A stretch of DNA of 64,000 bases from Octopus sinensis. Its lineage: Eukaryota. The notes under the pieces were generated by a model. The model did no database searches, had not been told where the DNA came from, and worked only from the letters and a program-made list of their open reading frames with translations. Below are positions 38,451-51,178 of this stretch, piece by piece (positions within the stretch are counted from its first letter, which is position 1; every line of letters starts with the position of its first letter). The stretch is taken from assembly GCF_006345805.1 (NCBI RefSeq), contig NC_043011.1, positions 57,734,464 to 57,798,463 of the forward strand. Reading direction: 5' to 3'. Both the position numbers and the translations under genes were made by a program.

Positions 38451-39360
38451 CGTTGTTTTACCTTTTGGCTGGCGACTCGGGAATATTTAATATCAAAATT
38501 GTTTTTTTTTTTATAGTTTTATTTTACCCGTGCCAATAATTATACAATCTTTATTTATTCATTCTATTACGTTGGTTTGTTTTCCCTCAATATCAGTCAA
38601 ATAAAGGTAGGACTATGTCTGGTGTTGCTTCCTATAATCTGCTGCAGAAAGAAAACTAATGTTAATCATCGCATAAAGAAAGCTTCATCATTTTCCTTGC
38701 AACTGGTTTATTTCTAGTTAACTTTTCAAAATTCTTTCAACATTATATACATTACATTATATATAATAACTCTAACTTCTCCGTTTAATCGGATGTAGTC
38801 TCAAAATTGAAGAGCAGTAAATAACCGGTCATGCAGGTACACCGCATTTAATATCTTCGTTATTAGATTTAATTTTATCGCAGAAACATTCAAGTTCAGA
38901 TTCCGTCGAGGTTAATTTGACTTTTCACCGATAAAACTTGTAGCAATAGTAATTTAGTCGACTGCCATCACGCTCTCATAGGATATAAAATAATAGTTTG
39001 GAATTTTGCCAACAGAAAATGAATCAATGCTGAGTGTGAAAACGATGTAGTAAGAGTGAAATTTATGTTTACATAATTCGTGATTTACTTTCATTCTATG
39101 AAAAATCTTAATGAAAGCATTTCCTGACAGCATCTATCTTTGAGGCATCTTAGAATTTTGGTAGGAGATGTTATCTTGTATAACTTTCGTTCTTATGTAC
39201 ACACCACACACACACACACACACACACACAACTGAGATCCACAAGTATACATACGTCGTGCCTTTTCAAAAGGATCACACCAACTCTTCTCATGCACAAA
39301 ACTTCCGAATTCTCTCTGTTAAATTCGGAAAAATAAGACCTGCATTTGGAGAAGTTTTAG

Positions 39361-39540
39361 AGATGTGAGAACCGACGTATATCTTTTTTCTTTCTTCTTT
39401 CCCTTTTACGATCCCTTTTGAACGAAAACCGACACCACTTTTTCTTTTTTTTTTTTTTTTCTTCTTTCCCCAACAAAGAAAAGCTCAACTTTGTAATCTG
39501 TCGGTCTCTGTGCAGCCCTGTGTGGCTAATAAAGAAACAT
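39361..39540 (+). mobile_element. 3'-terminal fragment of the same Tx1-like family as 3506-6180
   Basis: TTTTACGATCCCTTT...AAAGAAAAGCTC...TGTGCAGCCCTGTGTGGCTAATAAAGAAACATA, followed by (ATCT)n. Confidence 0.85.
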
Positions 39541-39541
39541 A

Positions 39542-39613
<72 letters not shown>

Positions 39614-39641
39614 GTATGTCTGTCTCTTTCTCCCCACCTCG

Positions 39642-39734
<93 letters not shown>

Positions 39735-39739
<5 letters not shown>

Positions 39740-39875
39740 GTCCCTTTCTGTAGAAGAGCGTAGACTCGAAACGTAAAAGACGTTTTCTATTCCTGAGCGT
39801 TATACTAATACATCTGTTTGTTTGTTACACCACCTGTCTTCGTCTTTTGTTTTTTTCGTAAACTCTCCCTATATA
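39735..39875 (+). mobile_element. Penelope pLTR-like module with minimal hammerhead, embedded between (TA)n arrays
   Basis: Homologous to 36985-37120; (TA)n on both sides. Confidence 0.7.
39744..39779 (+). ncRNA. Minimal type I hammerhead-like motif (A6U)
   Basis: CTTT-CTGTAGA-A-GAGC-GTAG-ACTC-GAA-ACGT-A-AAAG. Confidence 0.55.
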
Positions 39876-40189
39876 TATATATATATATTATATTTATATT
39901 ATATATATATACATCTGTCCGTCAATATATGTGTGTGATGTGAACAAGACTATGTAAGCAGGCCTCGGTTAAACTCTCCGAATATAAAATACTTATATAC
40001 AAGAATTTGTACTGTCACCTTAGAACTAGTGGAATGTCAGACAGACTGACAAAGAAAAGAGATTTCGTATTAAATAGATACACGTAAAATCAATCAATAA
40101 GTATCACACACAGGAAATTATTTTTCAATTTCTGAGAAAAAGCTAAAAGAAGTGTTACAATTAGTCGACGGCTTACGAAACCTAAGTGA

Positions 40190-40660
40190 TCGACTCAGTG
40201 CTAGAGGTGGGGCTTTAAGAAGCGCGGGTGACTGAAAAAATAAATGAGATGCGAAGTTCAGGGACTTGTTACCTCTGCTGGTAACAAAGGGTTCCTCTCA
40301 GTATGTGAAAGGAAAACGGTATGATAACGGTCTAGGAATTGCAATTCCGATTATTAGTGAGATGTAGGCCCTGAAAAAAGAAGAGTAGTGAAGTTGGTAA
40401 TGACATGGAATGTGTCTCTACTGCTGAATGCACGAAGGGTGGCGTATGATTAGAGAGACGTCTTGAGCAATATACAAGACAATGACAAGGTGAGATTTTG
40501 GGTATTTAGAAACCAGGGTAAATGTAAATCGGTTAAGCTTTATACTAGATGGAAGGTAAAACTCACAGAAAGGGACCACAGAACAGTGAAACCTTTTGTC
40601 TAAAAACGATCACGGCAAGACAGTAAAGGGGTCAGCGGAAGTAAAGCGTTACCTTGCAAT
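40190..40660 (-). mobile_element. Possible highly decayed Penelope GIY-YIG fragment
   Basis: Minus strand yields fragments such as YIAQ-RRLSNH...FHVITNFT, loosely resembling YIGETGRRL...H; many stops. Confidence 0.3.
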
Positions 40661-40701
40661 CAGGAAGGGTATATTACTATATATTGTATATGTGTGTACA
40701 A

Positions 40702-40739
<38 letters not shown>

Positions 40740-41284
40740 TATATATATATAAGATAGATAGATAGATAATATATATATATATATATATATTATATATACT
40801 TATATATATAATATGTGTGTGTGTGTATGTGTGTATATATAATTTATATGATACAAGCATCGAATGTAAAGTTCTTATGATAACATGACATTGTAATATT
40901 ATCACTTAATCCTTAGGCACGATTAACACAAGTGCAACACGTCGACGATGTAAATATTGCATTTCTTGAAAATATTTTGCTCCAGCATGGTCGTTGTTCT
41001 ACGACTGCAACCATTGAACAGAAAATAATATAGTTTGTCCAACATAAAATTTATGTGCATTTTCACTGAAAAGAACAAAAAACAAAACTTGAATATTCTA
41101 GGTGGTGCTCCAGCGTGTCCGCAAGCAAATGACTGAAATAAGTAAACGAATAAAAGAATATATACATACACATATATATATATAATACATCACTTAATTT
41201 AATGTATATAGATATTACTTAATTATATACATATATATATATATGTGAGTATGTGTGCGTGCGCGTATATATGTATATATATTT

Positions 41285-41510
41285 CTTTATTGCCCACAAG
41301 GGGTTAAACATAGATGGAACAAACAAGGACAGACAAAGAGATTAAGTCGATAAAATCGACCTCAGGGCGTAACTGGTATTTTATTTATCGACCTCGAAAG
41401 GATGAAAGGCAAAGTCGACTTCGACGGAATTTGAACTCAGAACGTAGCGACAGACAAATACTGCTAAGCATTTCGCCCGGCGTGCTAACGATTCTGCTAG
41501 CACGCCGCCT
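41285..41510 (-). mobile_element. SINE family A
   Basis: Full copy in reverse. Confidence 0.9.
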
Positions 41511-41542
41511 ATATATGCGTGTTTGTGTGTGTACATATATAT

Positions 41543-41604
<62 letters not shown>

Positions 41605-42247
41605 TTGTGTGTGTGTTATATATATATATATATATTATATATATATGTATATGTATATGTAATTAAAGATATTTATCTACCAAATGTCATACAAATTACA
41701 GAAATAAAATATATGCTTAGTGTATAATAGATTGTGTCTTCGATTTCATTCCATCTTCTGTCAGTATTATACCCAATATATATATGTATGCACTATCGAT
41801 TATATCTTCGATCCCGTTCCATATTTAAGACAGCGTTTGTTTAAACAGTTGCATACTTACATTGGCGGTGGAATAAAAATGTAGTTGTATAGATATGTGA
41901 ACTACTGTTCGTTTATGCAAATATGCATGTACCTATACATAAATGCAATTACACATAGAAAAGACTCTCTCCCCGACCGTCTTCTCTAACTCTTCCTATC
42001 TCTGTTTCTTTCTCTCTCTGTTTCTATGTATGTATGTATGTATATATATTTGTATGTATGTATATATATTATGTTATTATGTACATATATATATACACAC
42101 ATAACACTCGCGCTATATATGTAAATGTATATATTATATATATATATACATTATTATGTATGTATATTGCATATAGTATCTATCTATCTACTTATCTATC
42201 TATCTAACCTATCTACCTACCTATATACTATGTGTATATATATATAT

Positions 42248-42284
<37 letters not shown>

Positions 42285-42347
42285 GTATATATGTAATATA
42301 TGTATATATATAATATATAATATATGTATATCATATATATATATCTG

Positions 42348-42415
<68 letters not shown>

Positions 42416-43244
42416 ATATATATATAAATACATATATATGAATGACGAATGAAGTGTAGGTATGTATACCTTACGGAAATATAAGCATTCCATTTTCAAA
42501 TGCATACATAATATATCCCGGGGAACACAATTACAGGCACGTGCAATCACACACACACACATACTCCCCCACACCCGCACACAGACACACACATCGTTTG
42601 TGTTTATCCTTCTGCATGTATGCAAACATACAATATCTCGCAAATTCCTATATTTTCATTTCCATATGCACTTTTTTCACGGATCAAATTATATTTGATG
42701 TGAGACATAGTTATGATTTATTGTATTTAATCTATGAATGATATTTTATCATCTTTTATTTTATCATCCTGAGGCAGAAATGATAACCGATCGCCCCACG
42801 CACCCACCGCCCCGATAACGACAACAACAAATACGTAAGAGATTACAACAGAATGTGTAAAATATTAACTCTCCTAATAAATCATTTTATTAAAAACGTG
42901 TTTTTATGACACTGTCATATTTCCTTTACTCCTAAATATATATATATTGTGCATTAATAAATTTTCAGTTCAGATCTTCCTGCTAGTTGTTAACTTTTTC
43001 TACAGTTTTCAAAAAATTGTAATATACTCTGACAGGATGAACAACACTTCACAAAATTCCAACACGTTAACCTAAACCACGTGCATTTTCCAAGGCTAGC
43101 TTCTCGCTTTTCTATTCTCTTCTCCTTTCCTCTTTCTGGATTTTCTTCTACTCTCTGATGAAAGACCTTGTCCGAAACGTTATACTATAAAACATTTCTA
43201 TTTCATTGAGCGTCAGCCTAATGGTAGTAACTGTGAACTGAAAA

Positions 43245-43485
43245 AGGCGGCGAGCTGGCAGAAACGTTAGCACGCCGGGCGAAATGCGTAGCCCTATTTC
43301 GTCTGCCGTTACGTTCGTTCTGAGTTCAAATTCCGCCGAGGTAGACTTTGCCTTTCATCCTTTCGGGGTCGATAAATTAAGTACTAGTTATGCACTGGGT
43401 TCAATATAATCGACTTAATCCGTTTGTCTGTCTTTGTTTGTCCTCTGTGTTTAGCCTCTTGTGGGTAGTAAAGAAATAGGTATTA
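43245..43485 (+). mobile_element. SINE family A
   Basis: Near-consensus full copy. Confidence 0.92.
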
Positions 43486-43589
43486 CCTGTGAACATCCCT
43501 TGAACTTTTGTATTTTTAAAATTTCTTTTTGTATTTGATTTGCATTCTGAACTACTAGTCTACCATAATGGTGAAACAAGGAAATTACT

Positions 43590-43900
43590 GGAACGTCGGA
43601 CGAACTGACTTCTGTTATTTTCTCTGGCACTCTGCGGCCTGAGTTATTGGGTCGCAGACTTGTATCTTTGTTCGGTTTAACAACACTGCTTGGACCTTGG
43701 GTGAATCTAGTAGGGTCCAGCTAGTTGCAAATGTCAATGTCAGATCCCCAGTTTTATGGCAGCCACTTGGTCTTACCCCATCCCGAACTCGTCTCTGGGG
43801 CCTTCGCTAAATAAACCGCCGTGTGCGTTGCCTTTCTCCCCACCGACTACCTGGCTAAAAGATATAATTATAATACATTACCACATTTCTAGTTTACGTC
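43590..43900 (-). mobile_element. Possible RTE-like LINE 3' fragment
   Basis: Minus strand has a degenerate RGRP.TKW-like segment (GGGGTAAGACCAAGTGGCTG). Confidence 0.3.
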
Positions 43901-44264
43901 TTCCTGTTTATTTTCGTTCCTTCCATGTCTTCCACATTTACAATCGTTGATTTCCTGCGGCTCCTGAGGCCAAGAATAGATTCTCAAACAACAGCGCTTC
44001 TGTTATTTTCTCCTTCATTAACTTTCTCTTTAGATTTTTACTTCTTTCGATCAATTGACGGCAACGATGCTGGGATCACAACACATAGCATGTTTTGGTT
44101 GAATAAATCGATCCCAGCACTTATAGTTAAAATTTAGTGCGTATACTAGCTATCCCTTGTGACGAATGGTTAAGCTATGGAGACATAAACAAACCAACAC
44201 CGTGGAGAAACATCGTCGTGGGCCTATGATACACAGGGAGCGAAGAGCTCAGGTGAGTAATAAG

Positions 44265-44480
44265 GCGGTGAGCTGGTAGAGTGGTTAGCACGTCCAACGC
44301 AAGGTGTTGCGGGATTTCTCTCGGTGTTTCACTTTCTGAGTCAAAATTCTGTCGAGGCTGACATGAACTTTCGTGCTTTCGAGAGAGGTAGAATAGATAC
44401 GCGTTCAATACAGGGGGCGAGTTAATCAACTTAGACCCTCTCCACAGAAACTGTTGGCCTTCAGCCAATATTAGTAACAA
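44265..44480 (+). mobile_element. SINE family A (diverged)
   Basis: GGCGGTGAGCTGGTAGAGTGGTTAGCACG head. Confidence 0.75.
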
Positions 44481-44602
44481 ATATTAAAAGACATCATTGA
44501 ATTAAGTGTAATCTAATAAAGCCAGGAAACTATATTAAAGAGCGGTTTATTAAGAATGCAAGAAAATCTAATTACTTTAGTTTATTTGAGAAAATGTAAT
44601 TA

Positions 44603-44604
<2 letters not shown>

Positions 44605-44662
<58 letters not shown>

Positions 44663-44720
44663 TAATAATAATAATAATAAAAATAAAAATAATAATAATA
44701 CTATTACTAATAATAATAAC
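44605..44720. repeat. (TAA)n microsatellite
   Basis: Read directly. Confidence 0.95.
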
Positions 44721-45034
44721 AACGCAATAAATAAATGTAACCTGATCTTTTAATGGGTTACGGTATGTATATGCCCGTGTGTGTAAGTGTGTGTGTATGA
44801 TGTGATGTATGCTCGTATGTATATACGTATATATGTGTGTATGTGTGTGTGAACGTATAGATATATATGAGTGTGCCGATGTATACATATGTATATATAT
44901 GATTGTATATATGTATGTACGTGTATATATATATACTCATAAATATATATTCCCACACACAAACACACACATATGTGTATGTATTTGTATGTAATGTATG
45001 TACGTGTATGTAATGTATGTATGTGTATATACAC

Positions 45035-45109
<75 letters not shown>

Positions 45110-45394
45110 CACATTTAATAGTTGGATTACCCTTCACTAACATTTCGGAAGAATAATCTAGCAATAAAGTTTGTATATTATTAGCAGAACCCGTGCACAT
45201 TCGTCGTATATATTCTATAATATTCTATTTCTGTTTGAATGTATGAATTTATAGACATCCTCATAAGTGTGCCATTTTATACTATTAAATATTTCGTTTA
45301 TATCTTCGATTTCCATCCATACTTATGGCAGCTTAATGCCGACAACAGGGACCTGATTACGTCTTCGACCTGTGTGGCCAAGAAGCTTTCACTA

Positions 45395-45625
45395 AGGCGG
45401 CGAGCTGGCAGAAACGTTAGCACGCCGGGCGAAATGCTTAGCGGTATTTCGTCTGCCGCTACGTTTTGAGTTCAAATTCTGCCGAGGTCGATTTGCCTTT
45501 CATCCTTTCGGGGTCGATAAATTAAGTTGCAGTTTCGCCCTGGGGTCGATGTAATCTACTTAATCCCTTTGTCTGTCCTTGTTTGTCCCCTATGTGTTTA
45601 GCCCCTTGTGGGCAATAAATAAATA
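45395..45625 (+). mobile_element. SINE family A
   Basis: Near-consensus full copy. Confidence 0.92.
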
Positions 45626-45783
45626 AGAAGCTTTCACAATTCGTGAATTCAGGTTCAGTTCCACTGCGTGCTACCATAGCAAGAGCCTTCTTCGCTAAAT
45701 ATCTTTGCTGATCAATACTTGATGGGTGAATTTCGTTGCCGGTAACTGTGACGCTTGTCGTATATATATATTGGAGTTTGGCT

Positions 45784-46150
45784 GTGGAGGCGCAATGGCC
45801 CAGTGGTTAGGGCAGCGGACTCGCGATCGTAGGATCGCGGTTTCGATTCCCAGACCGGGCGTTGTGAGTGTTTATTGAGCGAAAACACCTAAAGCTCCAC
45901 GCGGCTCCGGCAGGGGATGGTGGTGATCCCTGCTGTACTCTTTCACCACAACTTTCACTCTTTCTTCCTGTTTCTGTTGTACCTGTATTTCAAAGGGCCG
46001 GCCTTGTCACGCTGAATATCCCCGAGAACTACGTTAAGGGTACACGTGTCTGTGGAGTGCTCAGCCACTTACACGTTAATTTCACGAGCAGGCTGTTCCG
46101 TTGATCGGATCAACCGGAACCCTCGTCGTCGGAACCGACGGAGTGCTTCC
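45784..46150 (+). mobile_element. SINE family B, full length
   Basis: tRNA-like head through the CGGAACCGACGGAGTG tail. The flanks TTGGAGTTTGGCT (45771-45783 and ~46157-46169) look like a TSD. Confidence 0.9.
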
Positions 46151-46261
46151 ATCCATTGGAGTTTGGCTATTCCTTCTAGCGTGCTAGGTATCCTATGATT
46201 GATGCCTCTTATGTGTTTAAATGTACACTGTATTGATATATATATATATATATATAGTTAA

Positions 46262-46485
46262 TCCAAACATGAAAACACAAAGAGAAAACACACCAACACG
46301 AGGACGTGGAACAAGTATAGTATTATTGGACGGTCAGGAAAGAAGGAAAGAAGGAGAGTTTAACGTTTCGAGCGGAGCTCTTCTTCAGAAACATAGGAAA
46401 TGGAAAGATCCAAAGAAGGGAAGACGGATGAAAAAAATCGCCAACGGTACACACGCGGTCATATTTTGATTTGGTAATGGATTTG
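46262..46485 (-). mobile_element. Inverted Penelope pLTR-like module with intact minimal hammerhead
   Basis: Shares the TTTCCTGA.CG..AATACTA motif with 36985/39735; its 3' end abuts (TA)n. Confidence 0.7.
46358..46392 (-). ncRNA. Minimal type I hammerhead ribozyme-like motif, intact core
   Basis: GTTT-CTGAAGA-A-GAGC-TCC-GCTC-GAA-ACGT-T-AAAC. Confidence 0.72.
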
Positions 46486-46517
<32 letters not shown>

Positions 46518-46518
<1 letters not shown>

Positions 46519-48430
46519 CCCAAATCCATTACCAGTAAAAGGGAATGGGAAATCATCAACGAGTTACAAAACAATCATGACATCACAATCAAAGAAGTAG
46601 ATAAATGTAGTAGTGTTGTAATTATGGACACAGAACAATACGCACACTGTGTATCTCACCTCTTACAAGATACTACCTAATATAAAAGAGTAGTCAACTA
46701 CCAACACTAAAAAATGATGTCCAAATTAAGCGCACTCATTTGCCAACATCAAAAGAACCTAACGACAAAGGAATGCAACTGCTTAACAAATTTTGATTGC
46801 AAAACCAGCAACCCCTACGGGCTTCCGAAAATCCACAAGAACAAAAACATTACCAAAGCTTATAAAAAATCCACCGCAACCTGCATCACTGTACCACACC
46901 CCACTGATCTGAAACAGACCAATTCTGGCAGGTCCAATCTGTGAAACACAAAGATTAAGCAACTTCATTAAGCAAAGACTACTCTTAAAACCAATACCTA
47001 AACACATACCAAGCATTGTAAGAGATGACTTGGACCTCCTAGACCACCTCCCCAAAGATGCCCAAGACATTTTCATCGTCTCCTTTGATGTGATAAACTT
47101 TTATACTACGATTCCACATCAATACGGACTGGAGGCCATTAAATTCTCGCTATAAAAATACCTCAGTGAGGTCCTGGAAAGAATAAAAAGAGAATTTATC
47201 ATCGAGGACCTTAAGTTTATCTTCCAAAATAACTTTTTAATTTTGATAATAATACCTACAAACAGGCATCAGTGACTGCGATGAGTACTAAAGTTGCCCC
47301 AACTTATGCCAATCTGATGATGACCTGGCAATACAAATATATGAACAACCCAAATTAAAATATGGCCCGTCTTTCCACAAACATATGTTGGAGAATTGGA
47401 AATACTACTTCGATGACTGCCTCATTCTATAGTCTCACGAATTCGACCAACTCAATGAATCCAAAAATTAAATCAAGAGCGTCAACTGCGATACCCACTT
47501 TACAGTGAAATACAGACAAGACCAACTCCTATTTCTTGATATTCTTATTATAAAAAAGGCACTAACACTGAAACTGATTTCCACTACAAACCGACTGATT
47601 TCAAACAATACTCGCTTCGACTAGGCGAGAAGAATGTGTACAATTGTCTCAAATTATGAAACGCGAAGTAAAAGACTCCAAGAACTAAAGGAAATTCTTC
47701 TTGAAAGATGATACCCAGCTTCATTAGTTAGTAATGGAATAGAACAGGTCATGACAATCGCTATCCATGACTCACGAAAACCGAAACACAAGTTATATTA
47801 AATAGTCTCTCATATCTCTCAACACACAATCCACGAAATACAGAAGCTTGCACGATTATATACAAGAACATCCCACTACCGAATCAAGACCCACGTTTAA
47901 AAAGCACTCGAAACCCATAAAATAATAAAAAGCAAAAGACAACCCAAATCCCTAAAAATCTTACCAATGCAAAATTACCCCACACAACACAACACTCACC
48001 GTCAAAACATGTGGTCGCTCTAATTCCGGGACCTGCGTCCACCTCATTGAAAGAACAATCTACAAATTCCAATCAGGACACACTTTTGTCGTAAAACATT
48101 TCACCTGCGCATCAAAAATTTACTTTATGGTGTGAAGGGTGCCACAAAGACTACATAGAGCAAACTAGTCTTACCCTCAGAGATAGGATGACAGTTCCCC
48201 GGCAACAATTGAGGGATACCACCAGAAGACACTTAGTGGTCAGTTAGATCTTTGTGCACAAAATAAGCCCCCGTCACCCAAATTCCTAGTTTTCCCACTG
48301 TACCAGTGCCCAGATGGCACCACTGACCAAACGGATAAGAAAAATATTCTTATTCAAAAATACAGACCACAACTCAACATACTCTAACATCTCAAAAAAT
48401 ATACTTTGACTGCCGACACATAAACACAAT
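46518..48430 (+). mobile_element. Penelope-like element (RT + GIY-YIG), pseudogenised
   Basis: TIKEVDKCSSVVIMDTEQY; YGLPKIHK; IVRDDLDLLDHLP; SFDVINFYTTIPH; TAMSTKVAPTYANL; YFDDC; FTCASKNLLY...YIEQTSLTLRDRM. Many stops and frameshifts. Confidence 0.9.
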
Positions 48431-48738
48431 ACCCCTCGCCAGAAGATTTTGCTGGTTTCTGACTTTGTCACTCTCAGTGGTTTGTGCTCATGCCACGTCT
48501 TGCCTCTCTCTATCCCCCACTTTTCGCACAGTTTCCAATGTAGCACTTTCGCTACCTATTCGTGTCGTCTCAACGAACGAAGGTCTGCGGCTTTTGTTCA
48601 TGATATGGGCAATGGTTTCATCCACTCAATTGCAGATACGGCACAGTGGAGACATTTGCTCATTGATATAGTTGACTCTGCAGTTCGTGATCAAATCTTA
48701 GTCTTACGCTGCCAGTATAGTGCTCTCGGTCGCTTTTT
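48430..48738 (-). mobile_element. R4/Dong-like RLE LINE fragment (CCHC knuckle region)
   Basis: SPLCRICN*VDETIAHIM...VAKVLHWKLCEKWGIERGKTWHEHKP; its 5' side abuts (TAA)n. Confidence 0.8.
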
Positions 48739-48761
48739 AAAGTATTATTATTATTATTATT

Positions 48762-49213
48762 ACTTTTTTTTTCTTCTTTCAAATTTGCTTCCATTTCTTG
48801 CCGAGTGTCTTCCCGACTCCTAGGGCAAAGAAACTCATAGTATACTTTGGTAGGCCATTAAACCAAACTCAGTAGTTCGTTCATTTTTTTTATTTTTTTA
48901 AAGTTAAATTAAAATACATGAGCAGCAACAGTTCTCATATCGACAATGCTCTTCTCAATACGTGTGATGTACCAGTTAAGACAATCTTTTGCACTTCTTG
49001 CAGGGATGGTAAGCCAGGGATCATTCTCATATAATTTTCGGTTCCCTTCTTGATCATTCCTAGTGCTCCTACGATCACTGGTATCGTAACCGCCTTGAGA
49101 TGCCACATTTTCTCAATTTCAATGAGTAGGTCTTTATATTTTCTGAGCTTGTCAAACTCTTTCGCTGAGATGTTATGATCACAGGGGATGCTCATGTCGA
49201 TCAATAAGCAAAC

Positions 49214-49216
<3 letters not shown>
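48762..49216 (-). mobile_element. R4/Dong-like RLE LINE 3' end with UTR
   Basis: LIDMSIPCDHNISAKEFDKLRKYKDL...IPVIVGALG...LQEVQKIVLTGTSHVLRRALSI; (TAA)n on both sides. Confidence 0.88.
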
Positions 49217-49258
<42 letters not shown>

Positions 49259-49259
49259 G

Positions 49260-49810
49260 AGTCAGAGGGCAGCGCACGCCACTACAGTGACAATGGGTAA
49301 AATATACGAAGCCCAGTATACCCATCTTGACTTCCCATCTGATAAGGGTACACTAGGCACATGCATCACAAACATATGTGCGCGACATGGTGATCTCATA
49401 TCAAGATAAACAGCACATGATCTTGCAGGTGGGGCCCAGTTAGAATTTTCTGCAGGTCGAGTACCCCACCCTGCTCAAAAGGTCCCTGAATTACAGTTGT
49501 TTAAGGATGTTGAACGAAACACTCATGTTTCCAAGGGTGAATTATTCAAATACCAAAAATTCCCCTCGACACATGGCTATGATGTTCCCCCACTACTTCT
49601 GCTTGTGATCAGAGATGCACATATCGTCAACCACTAGGGGACATGGTCAACTGGTTAAGGTCAAACAACTGACAAGTAAATCTGTGGTATTGAGCAGAAT
49701 ATTTGCTGTAGGCCATCTTTTATACCAAGACAAAACAATGTACATGATAACACTTCCAATCAGTTAAGATGAGAAGCCATGAGAACCACTGCCTGGTACT
49801 GCATCAGGGC

Positions 49811-49812
<2 letters not shown>
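49260..49812. mobile_element. Unclassified ~550-bp non-coding repeat between (TTA)n arrays
   Basis: Complex sequence bounded sharply by (TTA)n on both sides, with no convincing ORF. It resembles a common octopus interspersed repeat from memory (unverified). Confidence 0.5.
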
Positions 49813-49880
<68 letters not shown>

Positions 49881-50399
49881 GTTATCATCGTTATTATTAT
49901 TATTATTAATTTAATAATACACGAGCAGTGTATTAATCGACATTCAGAGAAGTACAATTAGTAAAGGATTCTCTTTAACTCAACCTAATGGACAACATAC
50001 TTAATTCGAATTGTCTAATGGCTTTGATTCTAATTACGGCTTACTCATTTTAGTCACATTTACAACATTACGATGTTAATGTGTCTACAGGGGGAGGTGT
50101 ATTGAATATGTGTATATCTGTTTGTGTGTATGTATGTATGTATGTATGTATGTATGTATGCATGACTTTACATATTTCTAGACATATTTACACAACTGCT
50201 GACACAGACAGAATTTGTAGTTTAGTAATATATTAATGCTGAGAGTGTGATTTTACATAACTGTGCGCGCGCGTGTACACACACACACACACACATACAT
50301 ATATACAAGAAGGAGAAAGTCAGAGGTCGGTAGAGCAGAAAGAAGAGAGAGGGAAATAGCGTGAGAGGGAGATGTGGAGATGTGTGAGTGTGCGTATAA

Positions 50400-50430
<31 letters not shown>

Positions 50431-51049
50431 GATAGATAGATAGATATATAGATATATATATATAGATATATATGTATGTATGTATACAGCCATGCACACA
50501 TACATACGTACATATATATGTGTGTTTGTGTGCCTGTGTGCGCATGCGTATATCATAGTAGTCGATATAAATATTAGCACGAAGCTGGTTGATTGCGTTA
50601 GTCATGCTTTTGATAGTATAGTGGAGGGGAGAGAGTGAAAAGAAGATACAGCGAGGGCTTACATAAAATATACAGGAAGTGAGAAGATACTAAGCTTGGT
50701 GGCAGGCAATGAATAAATTACCGATGAACATACGCACATAGTGGGATGGAAATGGTTATAGAAAGAGAGTGTTGAAAGAATTGAGGAATTAAATGACAGA
50801 CTAGCTGTGACATATATTTGTTTTATTAAAATTTATGTTAGGTAATAAATATGCTTCTTTTGAAATTTTTTATTCATTTCATAAATTTGTAATAATAGCA
50901 GCACCAAGATAATTAATAAAATCTCAATTATAATTAATTTATGAATGGTGACCAAAGCATACTTCCAGAGTTCACCGTCATATGACCAGGAGCACTCTAG
51001 CACGCACACACAGACACACACATGTACGCACTCACAGACACGCACGCAC

Positions 51050-51178
51050 ACATACATACATACATACATACATACATACATACATACATACATACATACA
51101 TACATACATGCATACATACATGCATACATACATACATACATACATACATACATACATACATACATACATACATACATG
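51050..51178. repeat. (CATA)n microsatellite
   Basis: Read directly. Confidence 0.95.

Noticed and set aside
45784-45860. tRNA genes at SINE heads
   Set aside because: tRNA-like A/B boxes continue into SINE bodies present in many diverged copies; no complete cloverleaf or terminator.
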